A stretch of DNA of 64,000 nt from an uncultured Nitrososphaerota archaeon (GTDB taxonomy: Archaea > Korarchaeota > Korarchaeia > Korarchaeales > Korarchaeaceae), in assembly GCA_964594835.1 (NCBI GenBank), contig CAZQNA010000002.1:1-64000 (forward strand). Reading direction: 5' to 3'. Position 1 is the stretch's first letter; every line of letters starts with the position of its first letter. The position numbers and the translations under genes are program-made. The notes under the pieces are model-generated. The model saw only the letters and a program-made list of their open reading frames with translations, did no database searches and had not been told where the DNA came from. This document shows, in pieces, positions 27,365-37,100 of the stretch.

Positions 27365-28528
27365 ATGGGGACCGGCGGGGGATCGCGACGCGGCCCCCCT
27401 CCCCCCTCCCTCACCCTACTCTCCGCGGTCCTCGCGGGCTACGTGGCGCTGGCCGCGCTGGGGGCCTGGATGAGGGGTCGATCCCTGGAGCCGGTCCCCC
27501 TGCTCCTGACCGTCGCGGGGTGGCTGGGGCTCGCCGTGGGATATGCGGCCGTCCCCTCTCCTCCCAGGTGGGTCCACGCGTGGGCGGTGGCGGCGGTCGC
27601 CCTGGGCGCGCTCAGGGATCGTCCGGCGGGGCTGCTCGCCGTCTCATTGCTCTCCATCCTCTACGCGGCGCTCAGGCCTCGCCTGGAGGGGCGGCTGGCC
27701 TCCTCAGACCCCCGGTCCCCTGGGAGCTTCGTCCCTCCCCTCGTCATGGGGCTCGCGGCCTACCTGGCCGGGGTCTCCGCCTTCGGCCTGCCCCTGGTCA
27801 AGGGCGCTGCTCGCTCGGGCGCGGTGTCTAGGATCTTCGGCCTCTCCTCCCTCCTGCTGACCTCGTCCGTCGCCCTCTCGGGGAGCGCCCCGATCGCCGT
27901 CCTTTCATCTGCGCTCGGCCTGCTCACCGGGTTTCGCTCGTACGCGATGCTGCCCGCCCTCGCCTGGGCCGCCTCCCTGGCCCGGGGGTCCGGCGGCGGG
28001 AGGAGGACGTGGGCCTTCGCCGGGATCGTCCTGGTCGGGGGCGCGGCGCTCGGGGCCCTCAGGGGCCTGACAGGCGAGCCCGATCCGCTGGGGATGGTCG
28101 ACAGGGTCGCCTTCACCTACTGGGTGTACGAGGCCATCGCCCTGGTGAGCCTTCCCCTGGGCTCCTTCCACGGGTCTCTCCTGCTCTCGACGGATCCCAG
28201 GGGGACTGTGGCCAGGCTGTTCGGCAGGGGGGTCACGAGGTACACCTACTTCATCATGGGCCAGCCGGTGGCCGACTTCGGGCTGCTCGCCCCGCTGGAG
28301 ATGCTGGCACTTGGGGTGATCCTGAGGGACGCCGGGGAGGGGTCCTCTGGGGCCCTTGCGCTGGCCTACCTCACTGTGGCCGTGGAGACGGGGATCGACC
28401 CGCTTGTCCTCGGCGTGACCCTTGCCTGCGCCTACGCGTCCAGGGTAAGGGCGGAGGCCGCCGAGCCTCAGAGGAACCAGAGGGTCAGGGGGACCAGCAG
28501 GCCCACGGCGGCGCCGAGCGCGACCTGA
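27365..28528 (+). CDS. Oligosaccharide repeat-unit polymerase (Wzy-like) family membrane protein
   Basis: Multi-TM; GFRS and YTYFIMGQPVADFG motifs. Confidence 0.6.
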   Translation: MGTGGGSRRGPPPPSLTLLSAVLAGYVALAALGAWMRGRSLEPVPLLLTVAGWLGLAVGYAAVPSPPRWVHAWAVAAVALGALRDRPAGLLAVSLLSILYAALRPRLEGRLASSDPRSPGSFVPPLVMGLAAYLAGVSAFGLPLVKGAARSGAVSRIFGLSSLLLTSSVALSGSAPIAVLSSALGLLTGFRSYAMLPALAWAASLARGSGGGRRTWAFAGIVLVGGAALGALRGLTGEPDPLGMVDRVAFTYWVYEAIALVSLPLGSFHGSLLLSTDPRGTVARLFGRGVTRYTYFIMGQPVADFGLLAPLEMLALGVILRDAGEGSSGALALAYLTVAVETGIDPLVLGVTLACAYASRVRAEAAEPQRNQRVRGTSRPTAAPSAT

Positions 28529-29046
28529 GCTGGCGTGTGGACGCCGACGCGGACCCTCGCCCACCCCACGACCGGGAGGAGCGGGAGCAGGGCGAACCAC
28601 CGGGGTCCCCCCACCAGCGCGAGGACCGCCGTCGGGAGGGCCACCCCGGCGGAGTGGAGGCTCACCCTCACCCTCAGCGTGGCCAGGGCAAGCACGGCCG
28701 AGGCCACGGCGTAGCTCGCCGCGAGGAACGTCATGCTCCCCCACCCCAGGGCAGAGAAGGCCCCCGCCCCGGCCGCGTAGGCCGGGGAAGACCAGGCCAG
28801 GAGGGCGACCCTCCCCCTCTCGCCCACCTCTCCCCTGCCAATCACCCCGCCCAGGCCCCCGGCGGAGACGGCGACGGGGGCGAGGGGCAGGACGCTGATG
28901 AAGGCGATCCCCATGAAGAATCCGAAGAGGGGGGCCACCGCAAGCTCGGTCCAGTCCCCCGAGGTCAGGGCCGCCGCGGCGAGGGCGCCCGTGACCGGCG
29001 GGGACAGCGCGGCCGAGATGGCCTCCGGGAGTCCAACCCTGGGCAA
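28468..29046 (-). CDS. PAP2-like membrane phosphatase family protein
   Basis: RVSLHSA...WARVRVGVHTPAQV. Confidence 0.75.
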   Translation of the reverse strand: MPRVGLPEAISAALSPPVTGALAAAALTSGDWTELAVAPLFGFFMGIAFISVLPLAPVAVSAGGLGGVIGRGEVGERGRVALLAWSSPAYAAGAGAFSALGWGSMTFLAASYAVASAVLALATLRVRVSLHSAGVALPTAVLALVGGPRWFALLPLLPVVGWARVRVGVHTPAQVALGAAVGLLVPLTLWFL

Positions 29047-29138
29047 GGCCAGACCCGGGTGGGAGAGCCGTCTTTAAGGCGCGCAAGTCTGTGAGCGGAG
29101 GACCTTCAGGCGATCGTTGGGTCCCGGGCGCCACAACC

Positions 29139-29918
29139 TCAGGAATCGGACAGGCCGTACCTGAGCCTGAACCCGCCCTCTATGGGCAGGGCCCCTAGGA
29201 CCCTGATCTCCCCCACCTCCCCGGTCCTGGAGACGTGGGTCCCCGAGCACGGGATCGAGTTCCTGCCCGGGATCTCCACGAGCCTGTACTCCCGGGCTCG
29301 AGGGAGCCTGTCTAGGTTGGGGGCGTTGTACGCGGCCGACCCGAGGTCCTCCGGTCCCACGAACCTGATCACGACCTCAAGGTCCTCCTTGACGATCCCG
29401 TTGGCTATCTCCTCAATTCTCAGGAGCTCTCGCTCGCCCGGGACCCTCCCGCCGTAGTCAACGTACGCCTCGGGAGGCCCGTGCCTGGCGCCCAGCGTCC
29501 TGACGGGACCTCCCAGGACCTCTCCGACCGCCGCGTCCAGGATGTGCCCGGCGGTGTGGAGCCTCATGATCAGGTACCTCCTCCCCCAGTCCAGCCTGCA
29601 GACCACCCCCTCCCCAGTGGATGGGTCCTCACCCGAGATGGGGCCGTAGTGGGCCACCACCCCGCCGGACGCCAGGGCCTTCCTCACCTCCAGCCTGAAG
29701 CCCCCGTCGGCGCCAACTACCTCCCCGACGTCGCTGGGCTGGCCCCCCTCCAGCGGGTGGAAGACGGTCCTGTCTAGGACCAGGTACCGCCTCGCGCCCC
29801 TGTCGGCGACCACCCTCAGGACCCTGGCCCCGCACTCCCTGGCGTAGGAGTCCCTTAGGTAGATCCTCTCCGTGGGCGGGAGCCCGGCCACCACCTCCCC
29901 GACGCGCGTCAGGGACAC
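29139..29918 (-). CDS. alaX: Alanyl-tRNA editing protein AlaX (start uncertain, 29894-29918)
   Basis: LDRTVFHPLEGGQPSDVG, MRLHTAGHIL, CSGTHV. Confidence 0.9.
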   Translation of the reverse strand: MSLTRVGEVVAGLPPTERIYLRDSYARECGARVLRVVADRGARRYLVLDRTVFHPLEGGQPSDVGEVVGADGGFRLEVRKALASGGVVAHYGPISGEDPSTGEGVVCRLDWGRRYLIMRLHTAGHILDAAVGEVLGGPVRTLGARHGPPEAYVDYGGRVPGERELLRIEEIANGIVKEDLEVVIRFVGPEDLGSAAYNAPNLDRLPRAREYRLVEIPGRNSIPCSGTHVSRTGEVGEIRVLGALPIEGGFRLRYGLSDS

Positions 29919-29978
29919 CCGCCCCTCCCCCGACCGGGCCGTTAAAATGCCCACCGGGGGGCAGTCGAGGGGTCGACG

Positions 29979-30407
29979 TTGAGGGCCTGGAGTGGGGAGT
30001 TTGATGTGAGATCCTCGAGGAGGCTCCAGATAATCGACGTCACCCGGGAGGTGCGCCGGCTGACCCGGGAGAGCGGGGTCTCGGAGGGGATCGTGAACGT
30101 CTGGGTTCCCCACACGACGGCGGGCCTGACGGTCAACGAGCCCGACCCCGACCTGTGGGAGGACCTCCTAGAGACCGCAGCGAGGCTGGTTCCCCCGGAC
30201 GCGAAGTACAGGCACAACGAGAAGTACTCCGGCCTGCCAGGCGAGCAGAACGCCCACGCCCACATCCTCTCGTCTCTGATCCAGCCTGGGATCAGCATCC
30301 CCCTGATCTCCGGGGACCTTGGCCTGGGAACCTGGCAGGCCGTCCTGCTCGTGGAGCTAGACGGTCCGAGGAGTCGACGCGTGAGGGTCACGGTCCTCGG
30401 GGAGTGA
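29979..30407 (+). CDS. yjbQ: YjbQ/UPF0047 family protein
   Basis: PHTTAGLTVNE, NAHAHI, LGTWQ...ELDGPR. Confidence 0.93.
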   Translation: MRAWSGEFDVRSSRRLQIIDVTREVRRLTRESGVSEGIVNVWVPHTTAGLTVNEPDPDLWEDLLETAARLVPPDAKYRHNEKYSGLPGEQNAHAHILSSLIQPGISIPLISGDLGLGTWQAVLLVELDGPRSRRVRVTVLGE

Positions 30408-30448
30408 GCTGTCCGGGCCTGGATCGGGTGGACCGAGGGGCTCAGACC

Positions 30449-31189
30449 TCACCTCAGCTCCTCCACCTCGAGCCCGCCCCCCACCCTCCTGACCAGGATG
30501 GCCGACCAGTTGTCGAGGGGCCTCCAGCCGCCGATCCCCTCGAGCGGCTCTGAGGAGAAGATCAGGGACTCAACCCCGTCCCAGTCGAACCTGCACCAGT
30601 GGAGGGTGTAGTAGTCGAGCTTCTTCGAGGCCCCCCTGAAGGCGAGGAGGGAGGACCCGTCGGTCAGCAGGCAGGTGGTCGACTCCACCCCAAGCTCCTC
30701 GGACCGGTCCCTGAGGGCCGAGAGGGATTCGAACGCTGACAGCAAGTCCCCACGCTCAGAGAGGCTCAGTAGCAGGGCCTCAGAGTCGGTCGACCCCAGC
30801 ATGTCCGCCCTTCTGTCCTGAGGGAGGAGCCTCTCCCAGCCGTGGATGGTCCCGTTGTGGGCGAGCCCCCAGATCCTCCCTCCCCGGAGGGTGACGAAGG
30901 GGTGGGTGTTCTCCAGCCTGACCTCGCCCTTCGATGCCTTCCTCGCGTGCAGCAGGAGGATGTCGGCCGAGAAAGCCTCCCCGTAGTTGGACCTCCAAGC
31001 GGGCTCGGTCGACCTGTGGTACTCAACGAGCCGACCGCCCCTCAGCCCGAGTATCCCCCACCCGTGGGGGTGCCCCCTGCCGTCGCTGCTCCTCCCCCAC
31101 AGGGAGAGGCGGCCGAGCTCGCGGGCGAGCCTGACGGGCGCGCCTGCGGGCAGCGGAGAGGGAGAGGTAGCCGCAATCATCCGGCACAT
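30449..31189 (-). CDS. Class II glutamine amidotransferase family protein
   Basis: N-terminal MCR, HPHGWG, HARKAS, NTHPF, AHNGT, TDSE. Confidence 0.9.
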   Translation of the reverse strand: MCRMIAATSPSPLPAGAPVRLARELGRLSLWGRSSDGRGHPHGWGILGLRGGRLVEYHRSTEPAWRSNYGEAFSADILLLHARKASKGEVRLENTHPFVTLRGGRIWGLAHNGTIHGWERLLPQDRRADMLGSTDSEALLLSLSERGDLLSAFESLSALRDRSEELGVESTTCLLTDGSSLLAFRGASKKLDYYTLHWCRFDWDGVESLIFSSEPLEGIGGWRPLDNWSAILVRRVGGGLEVEELR

Positions 31190-31286
31190 CTGGCCTCCCC
31201 TCGACCTGGGCCGATCAGAAAAGAACGTTACCCATCCGCGAGGGGCCCGACGCTCAGGGTAAATACAACCGCTGGGAGTTAAGCCG

Positions 31287-32744
31287 ATGCGTCGCCCCCC
31301 GAGGCCGCAGAGGGTAGCCCTGCTAGCGCTCTCTCTCGCGATCGTCCTCTGCGCGCAGCCTCCACTCCTATCCCACGCCGGCGCCCCAGGCCCGCTGGCC
31401 GTGATAGTCGCCAACGAGGCCGACTCCCAGGCGGCAGAGACGCTCTCCCAGTTCCTCAGCGGGAGGGGGGCCGAGACGCTTGTGGTGCCCGCCTCCGAGC
31501 TCGCCGAGCACGAGGGGCGGGCGACGGCCGTGTTCGTCCTGGGAGGTCCGGAGGCCTACGAGGGGGTCGGGGAGATCTCGTCTAGGATACTCACCGACCT
31601 GGAGGGGAGCCTCCTGGTTCAGATACCCGGCTACTACAACTTCTTCATCAGGAGCATCAACGGGAGGCACTACGTGGTCCTGGCGGGCCACACCAGGGTC
31701 GAGACCTACAAGGCCGTCCTCCTCTTCGAGCAGGCCGGGTACCAGGAGTGGATCCTGTACCCCAGCAGGGTGTCCGAGGTTTCGCCATTCGGTTACAGGA
31801 GCGCGGAGGTGGCGACCCGTGTCTTCAGGTGGACGTACGGCGGGGAGGAGTTCGAGCTGGGCCTGACGGTCCCCAAGGACCTCTACCTCTACTACCTCAC
31901 GAGGGAGCACGACATCCCGTACGAGGACTGGGCCGTCCTGGCGTCTGACCCGCTCTCCCGACCCTACCTCAGGAGCCTCCTCAACATGCTCCTCTCCAGG
32001 GCCCGGTCTCGAGGCTACGACGAGATCCAGACCCTTGAGTTCGTCGCGTCCTTCGTCCAGCACATCCCCTACAACCTGGAGAAGGACGTCATCATGGCCT
32101 CTGGCGAGTACCCCAGGTTCCCGATGGAGACCCTGATGGACTACGGCGGCGACTGCGAGGACCACGCGATACTTCTGGCAACCCTGTACATGGAGATGGG
32201 GTACGACGTGGCCCTGGTGATAGTCTGGGGGAAGCCCGGATTTCCCCTCGGGCACATGGGGGTGGCGGTGGCCCTGGACTCCGGGAGGGGGCTCTCCTGG
32301 GAGGTGGGGGGGAAGACATACTACTACATCGACGCGACCCAGCCGAGCCTCCGGCTGGGGGAGCCTCTACTGCCGGAGTACCTGGACTACGAGCACCCGA
32401 TCTTCCTCTTTCCGCGGCTGGAGAGCGTCCCCATGCCCGTCCTGGTCAGGAACAGGGTCGGGGTCATATGGCAGTCCTCCACGGGCGTGGCCACGGTTGT
32501 CGTGACGGTCGCGAACTTCGGGCAGGGCTGGGCGAACCTCACGGTGACCGCCGGGGTCCCAATAATGGGGGGCAGGTACCTGAACAGCTCCACCCTGAGC
32601 CTGGACGCCCCCCCGGCCAGCGTGGCCGTGCTGACCCTGACATTCCAGGGGCCGCACAGGTCGGCCGTCAGGCTGGAGGTCAGGATGGGGGACAGGCTCG
32701 TGGACAGGATAGCGAGCCTCCCGATCGTCGGGGAGCGGCCCTGA
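31287..32744 (+). CDS. Secreted transglutaminase-like Cys protein with an N-terminal cell-wall-binding-2/S-layer-like domain
   Basis: VANEAD...VLGGPEA...LAGHTRVET; FVQHIPY, GDCEDHA, GHM, YIDAT. Confidence 0.8.
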   Translation: MRRPPRPQRVALLALSLAIVLCAQPPLLSHAGAPGPLAVIVANEADSQAAETLSQFLSGRGAETLVVPASELAEHEGRATAVFVLGGPEAYEGVGEISSRILTDLEGSLLVQIPGYYNFFIRSINGRHYVVLAGHTRVETYKAVLLFEQAGYQEWILYPSRVSEVSPFGYRSAEVATRVFRWTYGGEEFELGLTVPKDLYLYYLTREHDIPYEDWAVLASDPLSRPYLRSLLNMLLSRARSRGYDEIQTLEFVASFVQHIPYNLEKDVIMASGEYPRFPMETLMDYGGDCEDHAILLATLYMEMGYDVALVIVWGKPGFPLGHMGVAVALDSGRGLSWEVGGKTYYYIDATQPSLRLGEPLLPEYLDYEHPIFLFPRLESVPMPVLVRNRVGVIWQSSTGVATVVVTVANFGQGWANLTVTAGVPIMGGRYLNSSTLSLDAPPASVAVLTLTFQGPHRSAVRLEVRMGDRLVDRIASLPIVGERP

Positions 32745-32792
32745 CCTGACCCTCCTCAACCTTTATACCCCCTGCGGGCCCCGAGCCGAGGT

Positions 32793-33722
32793 ATGCCCGC
32801 CCGGGTGGCGAACCTAGGGAGGCTCCACGTGGAGATGTTCGGGACGCTGGCCCTGCTGATAGGACTCGCCACGCTGGCCTTCGCGGCGCTGACGAGGTTC
32901 GTCAACCCAGTGGGGGCCGTGATCCTGGCCCTGGCGTTCAACGTCCTCATGTGGCTCGCATCTCCCCGGCTGATCGAGCTGATGTACCGGGCCAGGGAGC
33001 TGAAGCCATCAGAGGCCCCCTGGCTCCACGAGGCCCTCGAGAGGATAGCGAGGGAGAGCGGCGTGAGGAAGCCCAGGCTCATGCTGGTCCCCCTCGGGCT
33101 GCCCAACGCTTTCGCGTACGGCACGCCGATCTCGGGCTACAGGGTGGCGGTGACCGAGGGGCTCCTCTCCGACCTCCCGCCCGAGGAGGTCGAGGCGGTC
33201 CTGGCCCACGAGGTCGGCCACATCGCCCACGGGGACATGCAGGTCATGATGGTGGCCTCCACCATTCCGGCGGTCTTCTACCACCTCGGGAGGGCGCTCT
33301 ACTACTCCTCTTACCTCGGGGAGAGGGATGAGGGGGGACAGCTCGCCCTGGCGGGCGGCCTGGCCCTCGCCCTGGCCACCGTCCTGTGGCTCCTTTCCCT
33401 CAGGCTCAGCAGGCTCCGGGAGTTCTACGCCGACGCGCACGCCGCTGCCGTCGTCCCGGGAGGGGCCAGGAAGCTGCAGAACGCCCTGGTGAGGATAGCG
33501 GCCCGCTCCAATCCCGGGCTCGGGGCTAGGGTGGCTCAGGCGAGGCCGCTCTTCATCTCCGACCCCATGATGCCGCCGGTGGACCCGGCCGAGCTGAAGA
33601 GGGCCCTGATGGAGAGGAGGCCGACCGTGTCCGAGAGGGTCCTGGGGGTGTTCTCCACCCACCCGAATCTGGTGGACAGGCTCAGGGTGCTGGAGGACAT
33701 AGCCAAGCAGCTGGGCCAGTAG
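32793..33722 (+). CDS. htpX: M48 zinc metalloprotease HtpX
   Basis: PNAFAYG, VLAHEVGH, SRLREFYAD, FSTHP. Confidence 0.92.
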   Translation: MPARVANLGRLHVEMFGTLALLIGLATLAFAALTRFVNPVGAVILALAFNVLMWLASPRLIELMYRARELKPSEAPWLHEALERIARESGVRKPRLMLVPLGLPNAFAYGTPISGYRVAVTEGLLSDLPPEEVEAVLAHEVGHIAHGDMQVMMVASTIPAVFYHLGRALYYSSYLGERDEGGQLALAGGLALALATVLWLLSLRLSRLREFYADAHAAAVVPGGARKLQNALVRIAARSNPGLGARVAQARPLFISDPMMPPVDPAELKRALMERRPTVSERVLGVFSTHPNLVDRLRVLEDIAKQLGQ

Positions 33723-33809
33723 CCGAGCTCGCCAAGAGGCCGAGATCCGCCCGCTTCAAAGGACAACCTATATTGTTCCGGCCCCACCCGGCGACTGGCG
33801 GAGAGATCG

Positions 33810-34436
33810 GTGGTCCGGAAGGTCGACCTCGCGAGGGAGCACCCCGAGTACTACTCAGCCGGACCTGAGCCCGAGGTCGTCGAGATCGGGGAGGCCCAGT
33901 ACCTGACCATCGGGGGTACAGGTCTCCCGGGATCTCCCGAGTTCCAGGAGAAGCTCAGGGCCCTATACTCGCTTGCCTACGCCGTCAAATCCGTCTGCAA
34001 GGCCAGGGGCATGGACTTCGTCGTCCCGAAGCTCGAGGGCCTCTGGGAGATAGAGTCGGGACGCCCCCCGTCAGAGGCACTCCCGGAGGAGTGGAGGTGG
34101 AAGCTCCTCATCCGCATGCCCGACTTCGTCTCTCGGGAGGTGATCGAGGAGGCCAGGTCGAGGGTCCAGGGCAAGGGGGTGGAGGGGGCGGGGGAGGTGA
34201 GGTTCGAGAGGATGAGGGAGGGGAGGTGCGTACAGGTCCTGCACGTGGGCCCCTACAGCGCGGAGGGCGAGACCTTGGAAAGGCTGAGGAGATTCGCCGA
34301 GGAGAGGGGCCTCGACCTCGTGGGACCCCACCATGAGATCTATCTGTCCGACCCCAGGAGGACGCCCGAGGACAGGCTCAGGACCATAGTGAGGTATCCG
34401 GTCAGGGCCCGGTCTCGCCCCTCAGCCAGGTCTTAG
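33810..34436 (+). CDS. GyrI-like domain protein
   Basis: LEGLW, LLIRMPDF, HVGPY, HHEIYLSDPRR. Confidence 0.9.
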   Translation: MVRKVDLAREHPEYYSAGPEPEVVEIGEAQYLTIGGTGLPGSPEFQEKLRALYSLAYAVKSVCKARGMDFVVPKLEGLWEIESGRPPSEALPEEWRWKLLIRMPDFVSREVIEEARSRVQGKGVEGAGEVRFERMREGRCVQVLHVGPYSAEGETLERLRRFAEERGLDLVGPHHEIYLSDPRRTPEDRLRTIVRYPVRARSRPSARS

Positions 34437-34441
34437 ACCCC

Positions 34442-35953
34442 CTACAGGTACTCGGGAACCCTCCTGAGCAGCATGCCCTCGACGGTGACCGGCCTGAGCC
34501 TCGTCGCAGCCTCGTAGGCCTCAGTGAGCTTGGACTCCCTCTCAGCGAAGATCTCAAGGAGGACGTCCCCCCTCCTCACCTTGTACCCCTGCTTGGCGTG
34601 GAGAAGGACGCCGGCCCCCTTCTCGCTGGGAGCCCCCGCGAGTCTGGCGATGGTCGCAATCGATGCGTTGTCCACGCCGGTCACGTATCCGTCGGCGGGG
34701 GCCTTTAGCTGGACCCTGTACTCCCCGACTGAGATGTCCTCCGGCTTCACCTTCGGGTCGCCGCCCTGGGCCTCTATTATCTCCCTCATCTTCTTCAGGG
34801 CCCTCCCGGTCCTGAGGGCCTCCTTCGCCGCCTCCTGCCCCGTCCCCCGGGGCGCGACCCCCGAGAGCTCGAGCAGGAGGCCTGCCAGGCTCGTGGACTT
34901 CTCTATCAGGCTGGCCGGACCGCCGCCCATGAGCGCCTCCATCGCCTCCCTGGCCTCGAGGGCCGGGCCGACCGCGTGGCCGACCGGCTGGCCCCCGTAG
35001 GTTATGCCGCACTGGACCCTGACGTCGAACCTCCGGCCCAGCTCGACGAACTGGCTGGCTAGCCTCTCGGCCTCTGCGAGCGTCTCCACCTTCGCCCCCC
35101 TGCCCGTGGGAATGTCCATCACGAGCCCCCTTATGCCCACGGCCAGCTTCTTGGAGAATATGCTGGCGAGCATCTGGCTCGGGGGGTCGATGGCCAGGGG
35201 GTGCTCCACCCTGATGAATATGTCGTCGACGGGGGCGAGGCCGAGCTTCCCTCCCCACACTATGCACCCCCCGGCCCTGAGCGCTATCTCCCGGTACTCC
35301 TCCACCCCGAACTCCACGTCCGCCAGCACCTCCATGGTGTCCGCTGTGCCCGCCGGGCTCGTTATGGCCCTGCTGCTCGTCTTCGGGATGAACACGCCGA
35401 GGGAGGCTGCTATGGGGACTATCAGGAGGCTGACCTTGTTCCCGGGCACCCCGCCTATGGAGTGCTTCTCGTAGACCGGCCTACCGAAGTCCACCGTGGA
35501 GCCGGCCTCCACCATGGCCTTCGTCAGGGCCTCCACCTCGTCCATGCCCATTCCCCTGAACTCCTGGGAGAGCAGGAAGGCGGCAATCTCGAGCTCGCCC
35601 AGCTCGTAGTTCGCCACGTCCATCACTATCGACCTGATCTCCTCGGGTGTGAGGGCTTCCCCCCTCATCTTCTTCCGTATGGCCTCGAAGGACTTCGGCC
35701 TCCCGGCGAGGGCCACCGAGACCTCTCCCCCGTTCGAGAGCCCGAGGGCGTTCCTCAGCTCGAGCGAGACCACGGCCTCCCCCGGACTTATCATCCCCTC
35801 GACGATCGAGAGCATGGCCGTCGCGCCCCGACCGTCGAGGCTGACCCTGACCCTGTCGTAGGCCCTGAGGCCGGCCGACCTGGCGTCCTGGGACGACATG
35901 ACTATCATCCGCCTGCCGGCCGGCAGGTACTGGGGCCTCACCTTCACCCTCAT
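34442..35953 (-). CDS. deoA: AMP phosphorylase (archaeal thymidine-phosphorylase family)
   Basis: KHSIGGVPGNK, PKTSSRAITSPAGTAD, N-terminal extension, 503 aa. Confidence 0.93.
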   Translation of the reverse strand: MRVKVRPQYLPAGRRMIVMSSQDARSAGLRAYDRVRVSLDGRGATAMLSIVEGMISPGEAVVSLELRNALGLSNGGEVSVALAGRPKSFEAIRKKMRGEALTPEEIRSIVMDVANYELGELEIAAFLLSQEFRGMGMDEVEALTKAMVEAGSTVDFGRPVYEKHSIGGVPGNKVSLLIVPIAASLGVFIPKTSSRAITSPAGTADTMEVLADVEFGVEEYREIALRAGGCIVWGGKLGLAPVDDIFIRVEHPLAIDPPSQMLASIFSKKLAVGIRGLVMDIPTGRGAKVETLAEAERLASQFVELGRRFDVRVQCGITYGGQPVGHAVGPALEAREAMEALMGGGPASLIEKSTSLAGLLLELSGVAPRGTGQEAAKEALRTGRALKKMREIIEAQGGDPKVKPEDISVGEYRVQLKAPADGYVTGVDNASIATIARLAGAPSEKGAGVLLHAKQGYKVRRGDVLLEIFAERESKLTEAYEAATRLRPVTVEGMLLRRVPEYL

Positions 35954-36022
35954 TGATCCCGGCATCTCGAGGCGCGGAGGCGGCCGCGCCAAATATAACT
36001 GGCCCAGGGCCCGCGGAGGCGG

Positions 36023-37093
36023 GTGAGACGTCTGAGGTACAGGGCGCTCGCCTACCACGCCCCTCCCCTCCACTCCTCCCAGCCTCCCGCGGGACGCCTG
36101 GAGAACAAGGTCAGATCCGTCTTTTCCAGGGCGGGGGAGTCGGTCTGGACCAGGAGGGTGGTCCTGCCCCTGGGTAGGTGGGGCGAGAGGCTGGAGGCTC
36201 TGGAGAAGCTGGAGTCGACCTTCAGGAGGGCCGGAGGACAGTATCTGGCGGTGCCCATTCCCCTTAAGGAGCTTCCCCGCCTGAGGGACCTCCTGTCCGT
36301 CTCCGACGGGATCTTCGTGGGCGTCGAGGTCCCGGAGCCGGATCCCTCCCTGGCCCCCAGGCTTGTGGAGGCCCTTGAGAAGGTGTACCGGGAGATGGGA
36401 CCCGCTCACCTGACGAGGCTGGCGTTTGGCCTCGGCGGCCTCGTCGAGACTGCCTACTTCCCGGCCACGCGCTCAGCGGGCGAGGGGGTGAGCCTCAGCC
36501 TCCTCCACGTGGGGGACCTGGTCGAGGCCGCGAGGGAGGGGTCCTGGGGGAGTGTAGCGTCCAGGATCCGGGAGAGCGTGGCGGAGGCCGAGGGGTTCGG
36601 GAGGGTGGTGGCCGAGGCTGTCGGGGGGGCGTTCAGGGGCGTGGACCCGTCCATCTCTCCTTGGATGGAGGAGTCCGTGGCGGAGCTCGTCGAGACCCTG
36701 TCAGGCTCAGAGTTCGGGGGGCCGGGGACCTACGAGGCGATATGGCGCCTCAACTCCGAGCTGGCCGGGCTGGGGGGTCGGCACGCCGTCTGCGGGTTCT
36801 CCGAGGTGATGCTCCCCGTCGCCGAGGACAACAGGCTCAAGGAGCTGGTGGCCGATGGGAGGCTCCGCCTCCGCGACCTGGTGGGGCTCTCGATGGTCTG
36901 CGCCGCGGGGGTGGACATGGTTGCGATCCCCCTGGCCCAGGGTCGGGACGTCCTCCGGGCGGTCGCCGACATCCTCTCGGCGGCGGCCGCGAAGGGGAGG
37001 CCGTTTGGGCTCAGGCTCATCCTCGCGGAGGGGAGGCCGGGGGACTGGGTCGAGCTGGACCGGTTCGGATCCGTCCCGATCGCCCGCCTGTGA
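36023..37093 (+). CDS. DUF711/UPF0210 family protein
   Basis: GVDPSISPW, GFSEVMLPVAED, CAAGVDM. Confidence 0.8.
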   Translation: MRRLRYRALAYHAPPLHSSQPPAGRLENKVRSVFSRAGESVWTRRVVLPLGRWGERLEALEKLESTFRRAGGQYLAVPIPLKELPRLRDLLSVSDGIFVGVEVPEPDPSLAPRLVEALEKVYREMGPAHLTRLAFGLGGLVETAYFPATRSAGEGVSLSLLHVGDLVEAAREGSWGSVASRIRESVAEAEGFGRVVAEAVGGAFRGVDPSISPWMEESVAELVETLSGSEFGGPGTYEAIWRLNSELAGLGGRHAVCGFSEVMLPVAEDNRLKELVADGRLRLRDLVGLSMVCAAGVDMVAIPLAQGRDVLRAVADILSAAAAKGRPFGLRLILAEGRPGDWVELDRFGSVPIARL

Positions 37094-37100
37094 CCCGACC

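Noticed and set aside
34442-36409. 655-aa ORF suggesting an N-terminally extended AMP phosphorylase
   Set aside because: The extension overlaps the divergent DUF711 gene; the ATG at 35953 gives a family-typical 503 aa.
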